A DNA stretch of 64,000 nt from Anolis carolinensis (taxonomy: Eukaryota): assembly GCF_035594765.1 (NCBI RefSeq), contig NC_085841.1, forward strand, positions 169,307,574 to 169,371,573, read 5' to 3'. The translations under genes and the position numbers were made by a program. Positions 1-13,302 of the stretch are shown piece after piece. The stretch's first letter is position 1. Each line of letters begins with the position of its first letter. The notes below the pieces were generated by a model. That model had not been told where the DNA came from, searched no databases, and was given only the letters and a program-made list of their open reading frames with translations.

Positions 1-519
1 CCTTTCAAATAAAAAAATGGTTTTCATCCTGGTATAAAAGTAGAGAAAATACTTTTAAAAGGAGTTTTCTACCTCATTTACAGAGAAAGAAGATTTTTGC
101 ATAATGTATCAGTTTTGCCTGTTGGATCTTTATTAAAAGGGTCTAATAATGTGCATATCTACCCACACCCACCAATGGAAACAAAATAAGGTAGAAAGCT
201 CTAATGACACAAAGTTCTGGTTGTTTTTAAATCACAGAAAAATGTAGAAACTTAGCATTTACAAAACCACTTGAATATCATCTGAGAAACTATAGGGTTT
301 TTTGGCCCCTCCCTTGCCCCCGGTTTCGCAGAATTAACATTTGACACATAATACATTTTCATATATGTATTTATGTGCATATACGTGGTTCTTCTTCAGA
401 ATTAATTGGAAACCTACACAGCACCCATCAGATTTGGAAGTCTCTTTGTGGGAGAGAGGATGTCAAATACATACAGATGTGTATTTGACAGAAGGACACT
501 CCTGTGAAACATTCCTTAC

Positions 520-645
520 CTGTAACAAGCAGTTCCATAAGGACATTCGGGTTTGTTATCATTCTCAGTTTCTGCTACAACTTCTGTGTCAGGATAATCA
601 TTGTCACCAGGGTGACTGAATTGCTGGAAATGTATAGGATTCTTC
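520..645 (-). CDS. APLF: APLF exon 8 (KNPIHFQQFSHPGDNDY...KPECPYGTACYR), end of PBZ1 and start of PBZ2
   Basis: Acceptor CCGTAG|G, donor AG|GTAAGG, 126 nt; very close to human KNPVHFQHFSHPGD...PECPYGPSCYR. Confidence 0.96.
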
Positions 646-755
646 CTACGGATGTAAGAAATACACCATAAATGACTGTCGAGTGGTGATTCATATAAAG
701 ATTTAATGCCACAAACGAAACCAGGGATGTGGGTTCAAAGCAGAATTGCCCCCTC

Positions 756-784
<29 letters not shown>
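756..784. repeat. (CA)n microsatellite
   Basis: Uninterrupted CA tract. Confidence 0.9.
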
Positions 785-786
<2 letters not shown>

Positions 787-869
787 TGGTTATCCATAGG
801 TTGCACAGGGGCACCCTATCATTGTCATATAAGCCAAAAGTTCATTTCAATTCACTTTATCATTTGTAT

Positions 870-1275
870 GCAGTCCCGAGTTACAAACATCTGACTTACA
901 TATGAGTCCTAGTTACAAACAGGAATGAAACAATAGGAAGTGATAGGAAATCTGCCCTTTGGAGGGGAAATTCACTCCTGGAAGAGTTATCATGGGGGAA
1001 AGGTGTCTCCACTGAAGCTCTATCACCAATCCTTGCTTCCATGACAACCCACAATTTCAAAATCACAGGGACAGAAAGTGAGGTGAAATCTTCTGAACAG
1101 GAGCAAAGACAGCAAAACAAACTTTACAGGGGCGTTGACCCTTCCCTATGCTATTCAAAGCTTAAAAAATTGACTGGAGTTACATTTAAAAATATACCTG
1201 TTCTGACTGACATCCAAATTTAACCTAAGAACAAACCTACAGAACCTATTTTGTGTGTTACTCTGGGACTGCTTG
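870..1275. mobile_element. Tc1/mariner (Tigger-like) non-autonomous element
   Basis: Imperfect TIRs GCAGTCCCGAGTTACAAAC / GTTACTCTGGGACTGCTTG-TA; homologous partial copies at about 18730-19372 and 47055-47343. Confidence 0.7.
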
Positions 1276-4200
1276 TAATACACAGGATTGTTCATATACA
1301 ACTCCACTTGAAAAGGTTTCGCTGTTTCCTCTTTATAAAGAGCTATATTTGTCTGACTTACTTTCTGCCAGAACTGTGACGAGTGGTTCAAACAAGATTA
1401 ACCCTCGCAAATAAGACATTTCAGTACAACAGAGTAACATTTTCTTGCAGCATTCATACAAGTCCAGCATTTTATGACACTATCACTTTAAAGGTTTATA
1501 TTTTAAAAAACCTATTCAGTTGGGATAAAAATTGTTCTAATAACCTACTGCATTTTCCCATTGGGAGATTATCCTTTTTGGTCAAAAAAGTATTGGAATA
1601 AGAAATGTCATTTGCTGTTTCACAGGTGAAAGAAAAAAAACAACATCCTTAATCATAGAAGGGAAGGCAGCAAGTAGACACTCTCTTGAACCTGGATATG
1701 AAGGACCAAGAGACACTGAGATCATAAGAGAGGAACATGAAGGGACAAGGGCAGGTTTGAACAAAACAGTTCACTGTAGATCAACTCAAGACATCCTTCA
1801 GGAAAATTCAGGACTGAAGAAGGATCCAAAGGCACAGTGCAGTCAAACATCTGAATTGCTTTTCAAGAAATACAGAGAGAGGCACTACACACACCTATCC
1901 TATCTTCTGGACATGGAGCAGGAAGAATCCACTTCTGACAAAGTGAAGATGCTCCTCAATGCTATCAAGCTGAAAGGTATGCATTGAGCTATAGTTCCCG
2001 GATGAGTAAGTTGTAGATATAATTCCACTCACATTTGTGTTTTAAAAACTGAGTAAAAAGACCACAGTTACTGATACACTGGTTGCCTTTCAGGACATGT
2101 GGACTATATTTTCTGAGCAGTTTCAAAAGGAGTGGACACCAGGGACAGATAACACACATGAATAGCTGGGTTTAGAGGTAAATGTCCATTTCAGCAGTAT
2201 GTGCCAATTAAACCATGAAAGTATGGCATTAAAGCGAAGTGCTACAGTACATGAAGAATAGTATATCCTCTGAAGGGAGGCAATAGATCTTGCTAGACTA
2301 GGGAAAGTCCCACTTAGTTAAGAATGTTAGGACAGCAGTGGTTGAAGCTTATTTCCGAACTGGATGAAATGTAGTGGAAGGCATTTTTTTCATCAGTTTG
2401 GAAATGAAAAATGATCTGCTAACTAAAGGACTATTGTACTTTGGCACCATCTAGCAAAATAAGCCTGCTTTCAATAAGGGTCTGCATTTTCTTAAAATTC
2501 ACTTTTAAACATACTTCCAGAGAATCGACTTTTCCTTTCAGAAATACTGTTAATTCTTATGCACTTATTTGAACAACAAATATCACAGACTTATTTGGGG
2601 GGGGGGGGGGGAAATCAACAGGATGAGCCATCTCTAGAATCTTCCTGCTGTGACAGAGAACCATTTGTCACGGCTGAAGCTGCTACAAATTAAGGGTGAT
2701 TCAATTGCTGAGATTTGTTCAGTCATTTTCTCTCCCTACATATTTATTATGAAAGCACTTGAGTTTGAACAACTCTCATATCACCTACATAGCAACCACC
2801 AAAACTAAGTTATAACGCTATTGGCTTCTGCGAGATTTATAAAAGTACCAAGAGACTCTGCCTGGCATTTTTCTTGAAATGTGGCACACTTTCTTCTCTT
2901 AAAAATAATTTCCCTCATTTACTTATATCCAGTACTGAGAAATCAGAATAAATATATGCTCAACTAGGTTCACTGAGTAAAGTTTTTTTATTTTACTCTC
3001 CTGCTGAAATTTTGGAAACACTGGGGCTAGAAGTAGGTGAAAGCTATTCCCATTTCTCAGAAAAACCATCAAATATACTGCAGAAGGGTTTGACTAATAG
3101 TTTTTTAAATTTCTGTATTAGCAAGGTGAGCTGTACATTTTCAGTCATGGTTCATGTACAGAACACTGACAAACTTCCAAAACCATGGAAAGAGAGAGTG
3201 TATAGCAGTGGACAAGATATAGATATGAGCTTTTGTAAATAATAAACCACTTCTTCGGATGCAATATCAAGTAATGTTAAGGTCACAGGTGTAAAACTTA
3301 TTTACACAGTTGTGGAAGTCAGATTGGATGAACAGCAGACTCAGTTAACTGGCACCCATGGTGATTCGTAAAAGTTGGATAAATGTAGTTTCAGGTTTCT
3401 TTAGAGTGAGTATGAAATCTAACTGTTTTACTGTATTATAAAAACAGCTTTGTAAATGCAGTATTCTCTGTTTGATTTTTCTGCCGGTTGCTTGAGCTCC
3501 AGTTAACTGAGAGTCTACTTGTAACAAGATCCACAAAGATGCAGATCATGACCCTTTCTCTAAATTTTCAAAGGGCTATAGAAGTTCTTTACAGTGGTCA
3601 GTTAGTGTTGGTGTGTGAAAGCAATAACTCTGCATACCAAAAGTCTGTTTCAATGGGCTCAAAATATTTTCAGAGAAGATTTTTATTGTTGTTTGTGCAG
3701 TAGTAATCTTATATTATAAAATATAATGTGCCATAAAGCCATTGTCTTTGCCCATACTTCAGTTAATGGACTGGAATGGCTATTTCCATTCTTGTTTTGT
3801 AATTTTCTTGTTCGAGGACTGCAACCTATAAATCTCTTACTGTGCAACCAGGAAGGTTGAAATGTCCTGCAACTGATTTGGGGGCATTGCTATTTCTGCT
3901 GTCAGATCAGTGCAGTGACCATTGTCATGTGGCGCAGACTGAAGAGATGGTTGTAGCTTTTGCCCTGATTGGAATCACTCTCTCTGAATTCTTTTGGTGA
4001 CTTGTAGATAGTGAAAAGGCAAATTTATAAAACAATTGTGTCCAGAATTCATTCCTAGCACTGAAAAAATTATAAGACAATTACAATGCTTAGATTCAGT
4101 GTTTCCAATTCAAAATTCTCCTTGATGACTCTATATTAAAGCACAAAAAAAGGATTGCCTTTTACCGCCAAATGTTAAGAGCATGAGTAGGCAACATGAG

Positions 4201-4984
4201 GACCCTAGGGTCCTAACTGTGAGAAGTGATGAGAATTACAATTCAACATTGTCTGGACAATCACACATCCTTCATCTGTGTTAAAGAGAACAACAGGTAT
4301 GCCCATTTATCAAAATTCTCAACATTTGCTCAGCTATTTGAGAAACTAACTCCAAAACATTATCACACTTTATATAAAATACACAGAACAGCTGCTGTCT
4401 TCTGGTATATGCTGTATGCCTATATAAGCCATCACATGCTAAACAGATTGGTGATGCTGTGACAAGGTGCCCAGACTCTGTTCTGCAGACTTAATGTCTG
4501 CAGACGTAAACTGATTTCTTATGACCATCATCCTATACAAAAGTGTGGCACTTGCAGTGAGAAAAAAGCTGAGGATCTTTTAGCTAAACATTGTCTTCTG
4601 CCTTAAATACTCAGAAGGAAAACAAAATAAATGAAAGTAAAAGCAAAACAGGTCACAACACTGCCTATTCAAATAAGGTTACAAGGGTATAACTGCCCTG
4701 TAAAATTATTTTTTGCATTTCTTGTTACAAGTTGGACTTTTGTGTTCACTTCACCTGCACTATGTCTTTTGCCATGTTGTGTCATGACATCCATGACTGG
4801 CTCCCACAAATAAAATTGCCCAGATTTGCTTCCAAAGAGACAACTTATCTGTTGATTCCATCTTAATTAAAATATGCTCCCAAACACAAGAGCTGGCAGT
4901 AGTCACCACTGAATAAAGGCTATATTGCAATGTTTTCAACAAATGTGACCCCTCCCCAGGAGATTTACATTTTGCTTATTTTAC

Positions 4985-5394
4985 CTGTAGCAGTTTTTCC
5001 CGTACTGGCAAGCTCTCCTCCGCTGATGAATAGATATGTTGGAGTTTTGCAGAACATTTTGACTTCTATTTAAATTAGAAATATCCGTTTTGGTAATCTG
5101 GTTAATCTGAGGAAGTTCCTGGATCTCGTCCTTATTACTAAGAGATTGTGAAGGCCTGTCCTGAGAAAATTGCTCTGTTTTAAAGCTATCGTCTTCCCAA
5201 CTGTTATTAACTGCACCCGTTATATTGGTTTCTGTGAGCTGACACGTTCGTACATTTTGAGGGCTGAAGTCCACCTCTTCATTCTCGGACAGACAGGTGA
5301 ATTGCCCTGCAGAACTTCCAGCTTTTTGTGGCTGTACTTTGCTTTCATTCCTTTCCAGTTCTCTTACAAGTTCTTCAGAGATTCCTGGCATATC
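4985..5394 (-). CDS. APLF: APLF exon 7 (ends RRRACQYGKNCYR, start of PBZ1)
   Basis: Acceptor TTCTACAG|GAT, donor AG|GTAA, 410 nt open frame; CxYGxxCYR PBZ motif. Confidence 0.92.
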
Positions 5395-7244
5395 CTGTAG
5401 AAATCGGGAGTAAAATTTGATGTGAAACACGTTTAGTTATCAACGTTTTCTGTAAGAGAAGAGTCTAGTGAAGATGGGTTATTTTGGGGAGCAAAATCAA
5501 GACTGGTACAAGAAAGATGAAACCACAAAAACTTGGGGGACAGAAGGAGACAAGCATATTAATGAATGAACGTGAGCGCACATGGTTACCTGTATAGAAA
5601 CATGGGTTATGCCTGGAGTAAGGATTAAAGATTTAAAGAGTATTAGGAAAATGCTAGTCTTGATAAAGGAGTTCTGGAGATGGATTTGAAATGAGTGGCT
5701 GGAAACATTAACACCTTCTTTACATACTGTATATCTTTGAATCTCCTAACTACTTTGAGTCTCCTTGTGGAGAGAAAAAGCGGGATATAAATAATAACAA
5801 TAACAACAAGAAGTACTTTTTCCTATATAAACACCTCAAAGAAATGGCCTTTTAGAATCTCAGGTGTATCTTATGTATTTTTATTGGTGGAGGTGCTACT
5901 GAAATTAGGGTGCATCTTACAATCAATGGCATCTTACAATTGAAGAAATAAGGTGTTAGGTAAATGCTACTGTGTGGAGAGCAGTAGATGGAAAAGACTG
6001 AACTCATGTTAAAGAGTAAAACAGTTCAAGCAGCAAAGAGTAAGTCAAGCTACTTAGGATATGGGTCACCAACTAGGATATAATGAATAAAGGCCGAGAT
6101 AAAAGATGAAGCCAGGCAAGGGGGATATTTAAAATAAGGGGGGAGGTACTGAGAAAGGGCTTTGGGAAGAGGACAATGCTGCATGTTTTCGAATGGACTG
6201 AAAAGAAAAAATGTTTCCTAATATGGAATAAGTGACAATAATGTTCCAAAACAGAATTAGCTTACCCAATCCATATGTCAGGTCAAAAAGAGAACATCTA
6301 CTTTTTGGTCCCAATTAACTCACATACAGGAGAAGGACTCACAGAAGAACAAAACAATGGTGGTTCTAACAACAAAGAGTGGATCTGCTCAGACCAAGAT
6401 AGAAATCTGTGGTCCTTTCAGATTTAGTTGAAGTGTGCCTCCCGTAATTCTTTTCCATTAGTTTTGTTTACCAGGACAAAGCCTGGTGAGAATTGTAAGG
6501 CAAAAATGTATGGAGGAACACCACTGTCCCATCCCCCCCCCCCCCCCGCCTCCAATTAAAACTTTTGAAAACAAGATGTATCGTAACACAAACAAACCCT
6601 GAAAAAATATGAACTCATATCCTTTCTTCTCCTTCATTTTTCATTCACAACAATTTCAATCCTTGTTTGTAGCAAACCCTACTTTACCATTTCAAAAGAA
6701 TAAAGATCAGAAGCAGTGAATTGCCCAGTGAAAGGACAAAAGAAAGTGGGCAGATATGCACCCAAAGTTTCTTAGGACTACTTTATATGCTTCTGAATAG
6801 ACCCAGTCTCCTTTTAATACAGGAGTGTGTAACACACAAACTGGGAAGGGCAGCATGCAGCCCTTTATCCACTTTTGCACCTTCACCCTATTTGTTAACT
6901 GTACTGCTGTAGCATGTAGCATGTGGAAAAAAACCCACTTTATCTTTATCTTTCAACTTGAAAAAAGAATATATATGTTCCCTGTGCACCTTATTTTAAT
7001 GGTCTTTTGCTATTTTGATTTTTTTTCTTATTATTGGTGGAGTGGCAGTAAATGAAGTGGCATTAAAATGTCAAGTGTATACACACAGGATTAAGGGGTG
7101 CAATTCAATTCAGAAGTTAGCAATCCCGGTATTAAACAGGCACATGCAATAGGACTCTGATTGTTACCCAGAGTAAAGCACAATTTATAGCTTAATGTGA
7201 AGCAAAACCAAAGCAAAAAGAGGAAGCAAAATTAAAATCAATAC

Positions 7245-7324
7245 CACTGTTATAAGGGGAGTATCTTCATTTTCACTCATCTTCCGCTTTTTTCCTGAGT
7301 CTTTTATAATCTTGACACCATTTC
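7245..7324 (-). CDS. APLF: APLF exon 6 (GNGVKIIKDSGKKRKMSENEDTPLITV)
   Basis: Strong pyrimidine tract TTTTTTCATAG|GA, phase 1 in and phase 0 out, donor GTG|GTATTG; basic KKRK cluster; little recognisable sequence conservation. Confidence 0.7.
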
Positions 7325-8300
7325 CTATGAAAAAATCAAAGAAACTAAATATGAAGAGCTGCAACACTTAATACAGAGGTGAGAGGTAGGTGAAGAACAT
7401 TGTTCATCACAGGAGAATTAGCACCAACATCCTTTTCAGAAGTATCCTTGTAATATATTAATATTATTCATTGCACTTTATTAATGTAGCTCTGGAAGGA
7501 TTCAGATCCTGAATTGTGAGATGCAAATAATTCTAACAAGTAACAAGAGAATAAAACAATGCAAAATACAAAGCAAATAAAGAAAGGGAATAAACCAGGA
7601 ATTGATGATAGCATATCTTATATCAATTTCTGTAGTTTGAGCTTCAAAGTTCTCTGCAAAACCAAGTAAATATTCTCAGTGTGAAATTTCACTGAAATGA
7701 TCATTACCAATATTATCATTCAATCTGTGGAGAAACCTATCCAATATATGTGTCCCAAGCAGATGGTGTTTCAGAAAAAGATCAAGCAAAATTACCAACC
7801 AATAGTTATATCATATAAACCGTGTAACAAAATAATTGATGAATTTCGGCTAGATATAAATCTTCATTTGTTCAGTATTCCTATCAAATACTATAAACCA
7901 TCTGCCACTTCCTCGTTGGCCAAATAAACAATTTAAAAATAAAAAGTGCCTGCACATTCCCTGTCCAACAGAACTGATTGGCTTATTCTCATGTGTCATG
8001 ACACTACCAGTAGCTATCAGTATGCTAAAATAGTTGCCTAATGTAACATTATATAAAATAACATCAATACCTTTTTTGAAAAGTACAATCAGATGCTCTC
8101 AAAGAAGGATCCTGATTACTCTTGAAGTGTAAGAATGAGCATTATAGGGTATATATAGAAATTAAGCTGCCTGTATGCTATTAATCTGACCTGATAAAGA
8201 CTAAGAAGTGGTTACATGACAGTAATGTGTATTAAACTGAAAGAAAAAAAGGCAGAAGGCAACAGGTAAGTCTTTCATGATAAATGTATTAAATATCTAC

Positions 8301-8418
8301 CTGTTCCAGAGACGGAAGCTGATGGACTAGGATCTGCTTGCAGCATCCATGTTGGAAGAACCCTTTTCCTCTTTTCAGCCGGCTGTACTTCTTTCGTTTC
8401 AGAAAATCTAACAGAGAA
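8301..8418 (-). CDS. APLF: APLF exon 5 containing the Ku-binding motif (AEKRKRVLPTWMLQ)
   Basis: KBM matches human ERKRILPTWML. Acceptor TCTCTTCTCAG|TTC is the nearby AG that keeps phase 0; donor G|GTAGAT. The 5' boundary is less certain. Confidence 0.85.
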
Positions 8419-9045
8419 CTGAGAAGAGACCCATTGTGTATTTCCTATTAGGTATCAAATGTATCACAAATGATAGCCAGTGGTTTCTGTAGCTTTCCAT
8501 ATCCCGTGACCTGCAGAATGTTCTTTCGCTACCATTAAGTACTTGTACATAATTATTTAGGTGTACCTTTAGGACTACTATAAAAGAGAGAGGCCCTTCC
8601 TTCCTATAGTATCAGTGGAGGTCTACTTTCCCTTCATTACCTTCAACACAGAGGAAAGAGAAGGGGAAAATAGAAATGCATCAATAGCACCCTGAAGCTC
8701 GGAAGGACTATTTGAGAGTTGAATGAATTCTGCCATATCTGCACTGTGCAAATATTTGAATGTCATCCTGCAAAATCACTAATCTTGTCAAATTGTACAT
8801 TGTCAGCTCTGCCAGCATAGCAATTACTATAGACAATTGTACACTGCATATCTAATGCGATGCACAAAAGAACATAAAAAACATGGCTGGTGATGGTTTG
8901 CACGTGGAGGTTGAGCAGATAAAGTGAATGTGTTATGAATTTATGCTTTTAGTTGCAACAAACATATTAGATTTCTTCAATTCTACAGACACACTTTTTC
9001 CTATATAAACATCTCTTAAAATGGGGTGTATCTTACAATTGATAC

Positions 9046-9367
9046 GGTAAAGGTAAAGGTTTCCCCTGATGTTAAGTCCAGTCGTGACCGACTCTGGGGG
9101 TTGGTGTTCATCTCCATTTCTAAGCCAAAGAGCCGGCATTGTCCATAGACATCTCCAGGTCATGTGGCCAGCATGACTGCATGGAGCGCCGTTACCTTCC
9201 CGCTGGAGCAGTACCTATTGATCTACTCACATTTGCATGTTTTCGAACTGCTAGGTTGGCAGGAGCTGGGGCTAACTCCGGGCGCTCATTCCACTCCCGG
9301 GATTTGAACCTAGGACGTTTTGGTCCGCAAGTTCAGCAGCTCAGCGTTTTAACACACTGTGCCACCA
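9046..9367 (-). mobile_element. Sauria SINE inserted in a small Tc1/pogo MITE
   Basis: (ACCTTT)n tail, tRNA-related head; TSD TCTTACAATTGA at 9031-9042 and 9370-9381; host MITE ends GAAGAAATACGG-TA. Confidence 0.85.
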
Positions 9368-9756
9368 TTTCTTACAATTGAAGAAATACGGTAGTATTGG
9401 GATAACTAGGTTCAATGTTAACAACACAATCCTGGTGTTAGACTGCAATCCCATCAGGATTTTCCTAGGAACAAGCCCCATTAATTCCATTGAGTCTGAA
9501 CAGAATTGAACAGAATGGTTCTCTAGGACAACTTTACAGAAATCTAGGCTTTATTCCATCTTTCAGGTGAAACTAAGATTTTTTTTAAAGAAAAAAACCT
9601 TGCTTATCTTGATACAACAGACGCATGGCTAAATTTATGTAAATAAATTCTTGAGATATACTAATTGCAGCACTGTCACAAAATTCCACTGACTTGCTTG
9701 TTACAAAAAAACACAACTTATTGAGTATTCTATGTATCTTAATAATGGCAAATTAC

Positions 9757-9928
9757 CTTCTTTGGGGTTTCAGCTGCTTTCTCCAATACTAAGTGTGTTT
9801 CCAGAAGCTGGTGATTCTTGGAAGGGGTTGATTGCTGTCCTAGATCCTGTTGGTGAGGCATCCTGCTTGGCTGAAGAACTGAGGAAGTTTGATTTGGTAT
9901 GTCTTCTACAAGGAAGTGACAGTGCTTT
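9757..9928 (-). CDS. APLF: APLF exon 4 (low-conservation linker KHCHFLVEDIPNQ...AAETPKK)
   Basis: Acceptor TATAG|A, donor AAG|GTAATT, 172 nt; open frame consistent with phase 2 in and phase 0 out. Confidence 0.8.
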
Positions 9929-10250
9929 CTATAACATAAATGGCACAGTTGAAAGATGCAGTTGGCCTACCAATCATAACAGATAATAGTAAAGCAAAAT
10001 AAAAATGGAAACCAGGACATGTATTATACGTTCATAACATTCAGTTAACAAGCTTCTACATATCTCATGATATTCTCACTTTCCTCCCATAGGAAAATTT
10101 TCACCAGGGCCTGTTTTGATTTTCTTCCCAACTTCCATATGGTTAGACAGACAGGAACAGTGTAATAACCTCCATTAAGTTGATAAAATAAAACGCTTCT
10201 GCACTCACACATTGACCACAGTTCACTACTGGCAAAAGATTTTGCTGGCA

Positions 10251-10889
10251 CAGGTTGAGTATCCCTTATCCAGAATTCCAAATCCAAAATTGTCCACGTG
10301 GATGGATAATGAAATCTTTGCCTCCTGATAGTTCAATGTGCATAAACTTTATTTTATGTCCCAAATTATTTAAAATACAGTAGAGTCTCACTTATCCAAC
10401 ACTCGCTTATCCAACGTTCTGGATTATCCAACGCATTTTTGTAGTCAATGTTTTCAATACATCGTGATATTTTGGTGTTAAATTTGTAAATACAATAATT
10501 ACTACATAGCATTACTGTGTATTGAACTACTTTTTCTGTCAAATTTGTTGTAAAACATGATGTTTTGGTGCTTCATTTGTAAAATCATATCCTAATTTAA
10601 TGTTTAATAGGCTTTTCCTTAATCTCTCCTTATTATCCAACATATTTGCTTATCCAACGTTCTGCCGGCCCGTTTACGTTGGATAAGTGAGACTCTACTG
10701 TACTACATAAAATTACCTTCAGGCTGTGGGTATATGGTGCATATGAAACATTACTTTCATATTTAGATTTAAATCTCATCTTCAAGATATCTCACCAAGT
10801 ACATGTATGCAAAGTCAAATATTCAAAAATCCCCCTAAACCCAAAATATTTTTGTACCCTTGCATTTTAAAAAAGGAGTAATGAATCTG
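10251..10889. mobile_element. Tigger4/Zombi-like DNA transposon derivative, split by a younger MITE
   Basis: Starts CAGGTTGAGTATCCCTTATCC; internal sequence is the reverse complement of the copy at 38478-38772. Confidence 0.7.
10378..10700. mobile_element. Tc1/mariner MITE (323 bp)
   Basis: TIR CAGTAGAGTCTCACTTATCCAAC at both ends, TA target duplication; near-identical copies at 24675-24982 and 60778-61100. Confidence 0.9.
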
Positions 10890-11099
10890 TATTTTTTTTA
10901 GGAAAATGGGCCCATTAATTGCTCTAAAACAGGAGAAAGAAAAATATTTTGCCTTAGTTTTTTTTTAAAGTCTTCCAATTTACTGGTCAGATCCTCAAGG
11001 TCAAAGAAGTGCGATTCTCAGCTGTATTAACTTTAAAAAATCAGAAGCCCCTTCTACACTGCCATATAATTCAGTTGAAAGCAGATAAGCAGCAGCATA

Positions 11100-11251
11100 G
11101 AAGGCAGCCAGAATCTCCTTCTCTGGAGATTTTTAAGCAGAGGCTGGATGGTCCATCTGTTGGGGGGTGCTTTGATTGTGTGTTCCTGCATGGCAAAAGG
11201 GGGTTCGACAGGACAGCCACTGGGATCTCTTTCAACTCTATGATTCTATGA
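11100..11251 (+). mobile_element. CR1 LINE 3' fragment
   Basis: ESPSLEIFKQRLD ORF2 end and (ATTCTATG)n-type tail. Confidence 0.8.
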
Positions 11252-11875
11252 AATTGACAATGTAAAACTTCACGTGCCTTAATGTACAAGCGTTTTATTC
11301 AAGTCAATAGTTTAAATCAGCTTTCCTATGATAGCACAAGCCTAGGCTATTAATATATATAGAGAGATATTTCCAACCACTGATACTAATATGCCTGAAC
11401 ATTAGATGCACTATCACAATATTGCCTTTAATAAAATTCACGGAAATGGAAAATTCATATTACATTCAATGCACTTCATTTATTGTTTTCTAAACTGAAA
11501 GCAATGTTTCATACCCACTTTAACAGAGCCAAGAATACTCAGCTCAGTTCATTTATCAAAACATTAATAAAAAAGCAATTTCTTCAGTTCTGACCTCATA
11601 CGTTTCTACTCTAATTTGTAATTTTCACTATTTGTTTTCCATTCTTGGAAAAAGATTCATTTTTCAATTACTCCAGGATCATAGGAGGAAAAGAGATTTA
11701 TGTTATATAGTAACACTATAACTTTTCAAATTGCATCTTACATACATACAACCTTTGCAACACCTTATCGTTTTTTAAGTGTCCCTAATTAAAACTCAAT
11801 ATGGCTGTACTAGATAATATAGAATGTATATAAAAATCAACATCACTGGTGGGATTCTACCTCAGATATCATTAC

Positions 11876-12039
11876 CTTTGAGTTTCCACTTCCAAAGGAG
11901 CGAAGAGAACCTTGAAGGCATATTTGTCTACCAACAGAGAAAACCTGTCACCAGGGCTTAGTTGGTGCCATTTATCAATGTCCAATGGCGAGATTTGGCC
12001 ATTTTCAGTTGGCTGATAAAAGCATGGGTTTACATGCAC
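11876..12039 (-). CDS. APLF: APLF exon 3 (VHVNPCFYQPTENGQISPLDIDKWHQLSPGDRFSLLVDKYAFKVLFAPLEVETQR)
   Basis: Acceptor AACAG|GTG, donor AG|GTAAT, 164 nt; NPCFY and PGDxFSLLVDKY match the APLF FHA C-terminus. Confidence 0.95.
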
Positions 12040-12189
12040 CTGTTAATAAATAAAAGGGCTGCTCTTAATACAGATGATTCCACCACAGTGCAATCTTCTC
12101 AGTTACTCACATGCTAATGGATGGATCCCATTCAAACACTTGGAAATCAGGCTTGCTAATTATATCCTTCACACTTGGTTAATAGACAT

Positions 12190-12365
12190 TGGTTCTTTCT
12201 CCCACTCTGGACACTCCACAGGTATATATACTCCACTTGCTTTATCACCATCAGATCCTCTGAAGATGCCAGCCACAGATGGAGGCGAAACATCAGGAGA
12301 AAATGCTGTTAGAACACGGCCATACTACACTCCAGTGATTCCGGCTGTGAAAGCCTTCAACAAAA
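12190..12365 (+). mobile_element. Penelope-like element terminal-repeat fragment
   Basis: CTGAAGATGCCAGCC...GCGAAACATCAGGAGA...GAAAGCCTTC, homologous to the other Penelope copies. Confidence 0.7.
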
Positions 12366-12591
12366 CGTGGTTGGACCGCCTGAAAATCTGACATCTGGTT
12401 AATATGTGATGACTACAAGTGCTTCCTGATTTTTATTTTAAAGAGAAACAGGTTTCCCCAACTTATGGTGACAACAACAAGAGACAATTTTACATAAAGC
12501 ACTTCAGAAGGAAGCCCTCCCTCAAATCTAATCCAGGCATTTTGGTGCTGGGATCAAACTAAAGTCCAAGTTGTCCATCATTGTTCTAGAC

Positions 12592-13302
12592 CAGGGGTCC
12601 TCAAACTTTTAAAGCAGAGGGCCGGTCCACAATCCTTCAGACCGTTGAGGGGCCGAATTATCATTTGGGGGGAAAAAACGAAAAATTCCTGTACATATCT
12701 TATTTGTAGTGCAAAACAACAACAATAACAATGAAAGAACAATACAATATTTAAAAATGAAAATAATTGTAACCAACATAAACCTATCAGGATTTCAATA
12801 GGAAGTGTGGGCCTGCTTCTGGGCATTGAGATAGTCAGGTTAATTAGGATTGTTGTTGTTGTTGTTGTTGTGTGTCTTCAAGTCATTTCAGACTTTGGGC
12901 GAGCCTAAGTCCAAAATTATTTATTTATTCATTTACTACATTTATTTACTACATTTATATCCCACCCTTCTCACCCCAAAGGGAACTCAGAGCAGCTGTA
13001 TGCACATACAATATATTATATTATTAGCATAGCACAATATTAGCATTATACTATATTGAACTATACCACTATACTGTAATATTATATGTAATATATAACA
13101 TATAATTAATATTATTATATGATATTATTGTTAGTATTGTATTGTATAAAATGATAATATTATTATCAATATTATATGTATATACAATATATTATATTAT
13201 TATAACTGATATAAAAATATTATATTATAAATGAGGGCGGGGCCAGGTAAATTACCTTGGAGGGCCGCATCCGGCCCCCGGGCCTTAGTTTGGGGACCCC
13301 TG
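12592..13302. mobile_element. Non-autonomous hAT transposon, OC1/OposCharlie-like termini
   Basis: TIRs CAGGGGTCCTCAAACT / AGTTTGGGGACCCCTG; perfect 8-bp TSD TTCTAGAC at 12584-12591 and 13303-13310. Confidence 0.88.

Noticed and set aside
72-119. AG...GT-bounded 48-nt segment as APLF exon 9
   Set aside because: Gives an immediate stop in the required phase and lacks the expected KNPxH PBZ2 continuation.
3837-4010. Exon-like stretch in APLF intron 7
   Set aside because: Stops in all three minus-strand frames; exons 7 and 8 already join correctly through PBZ1.
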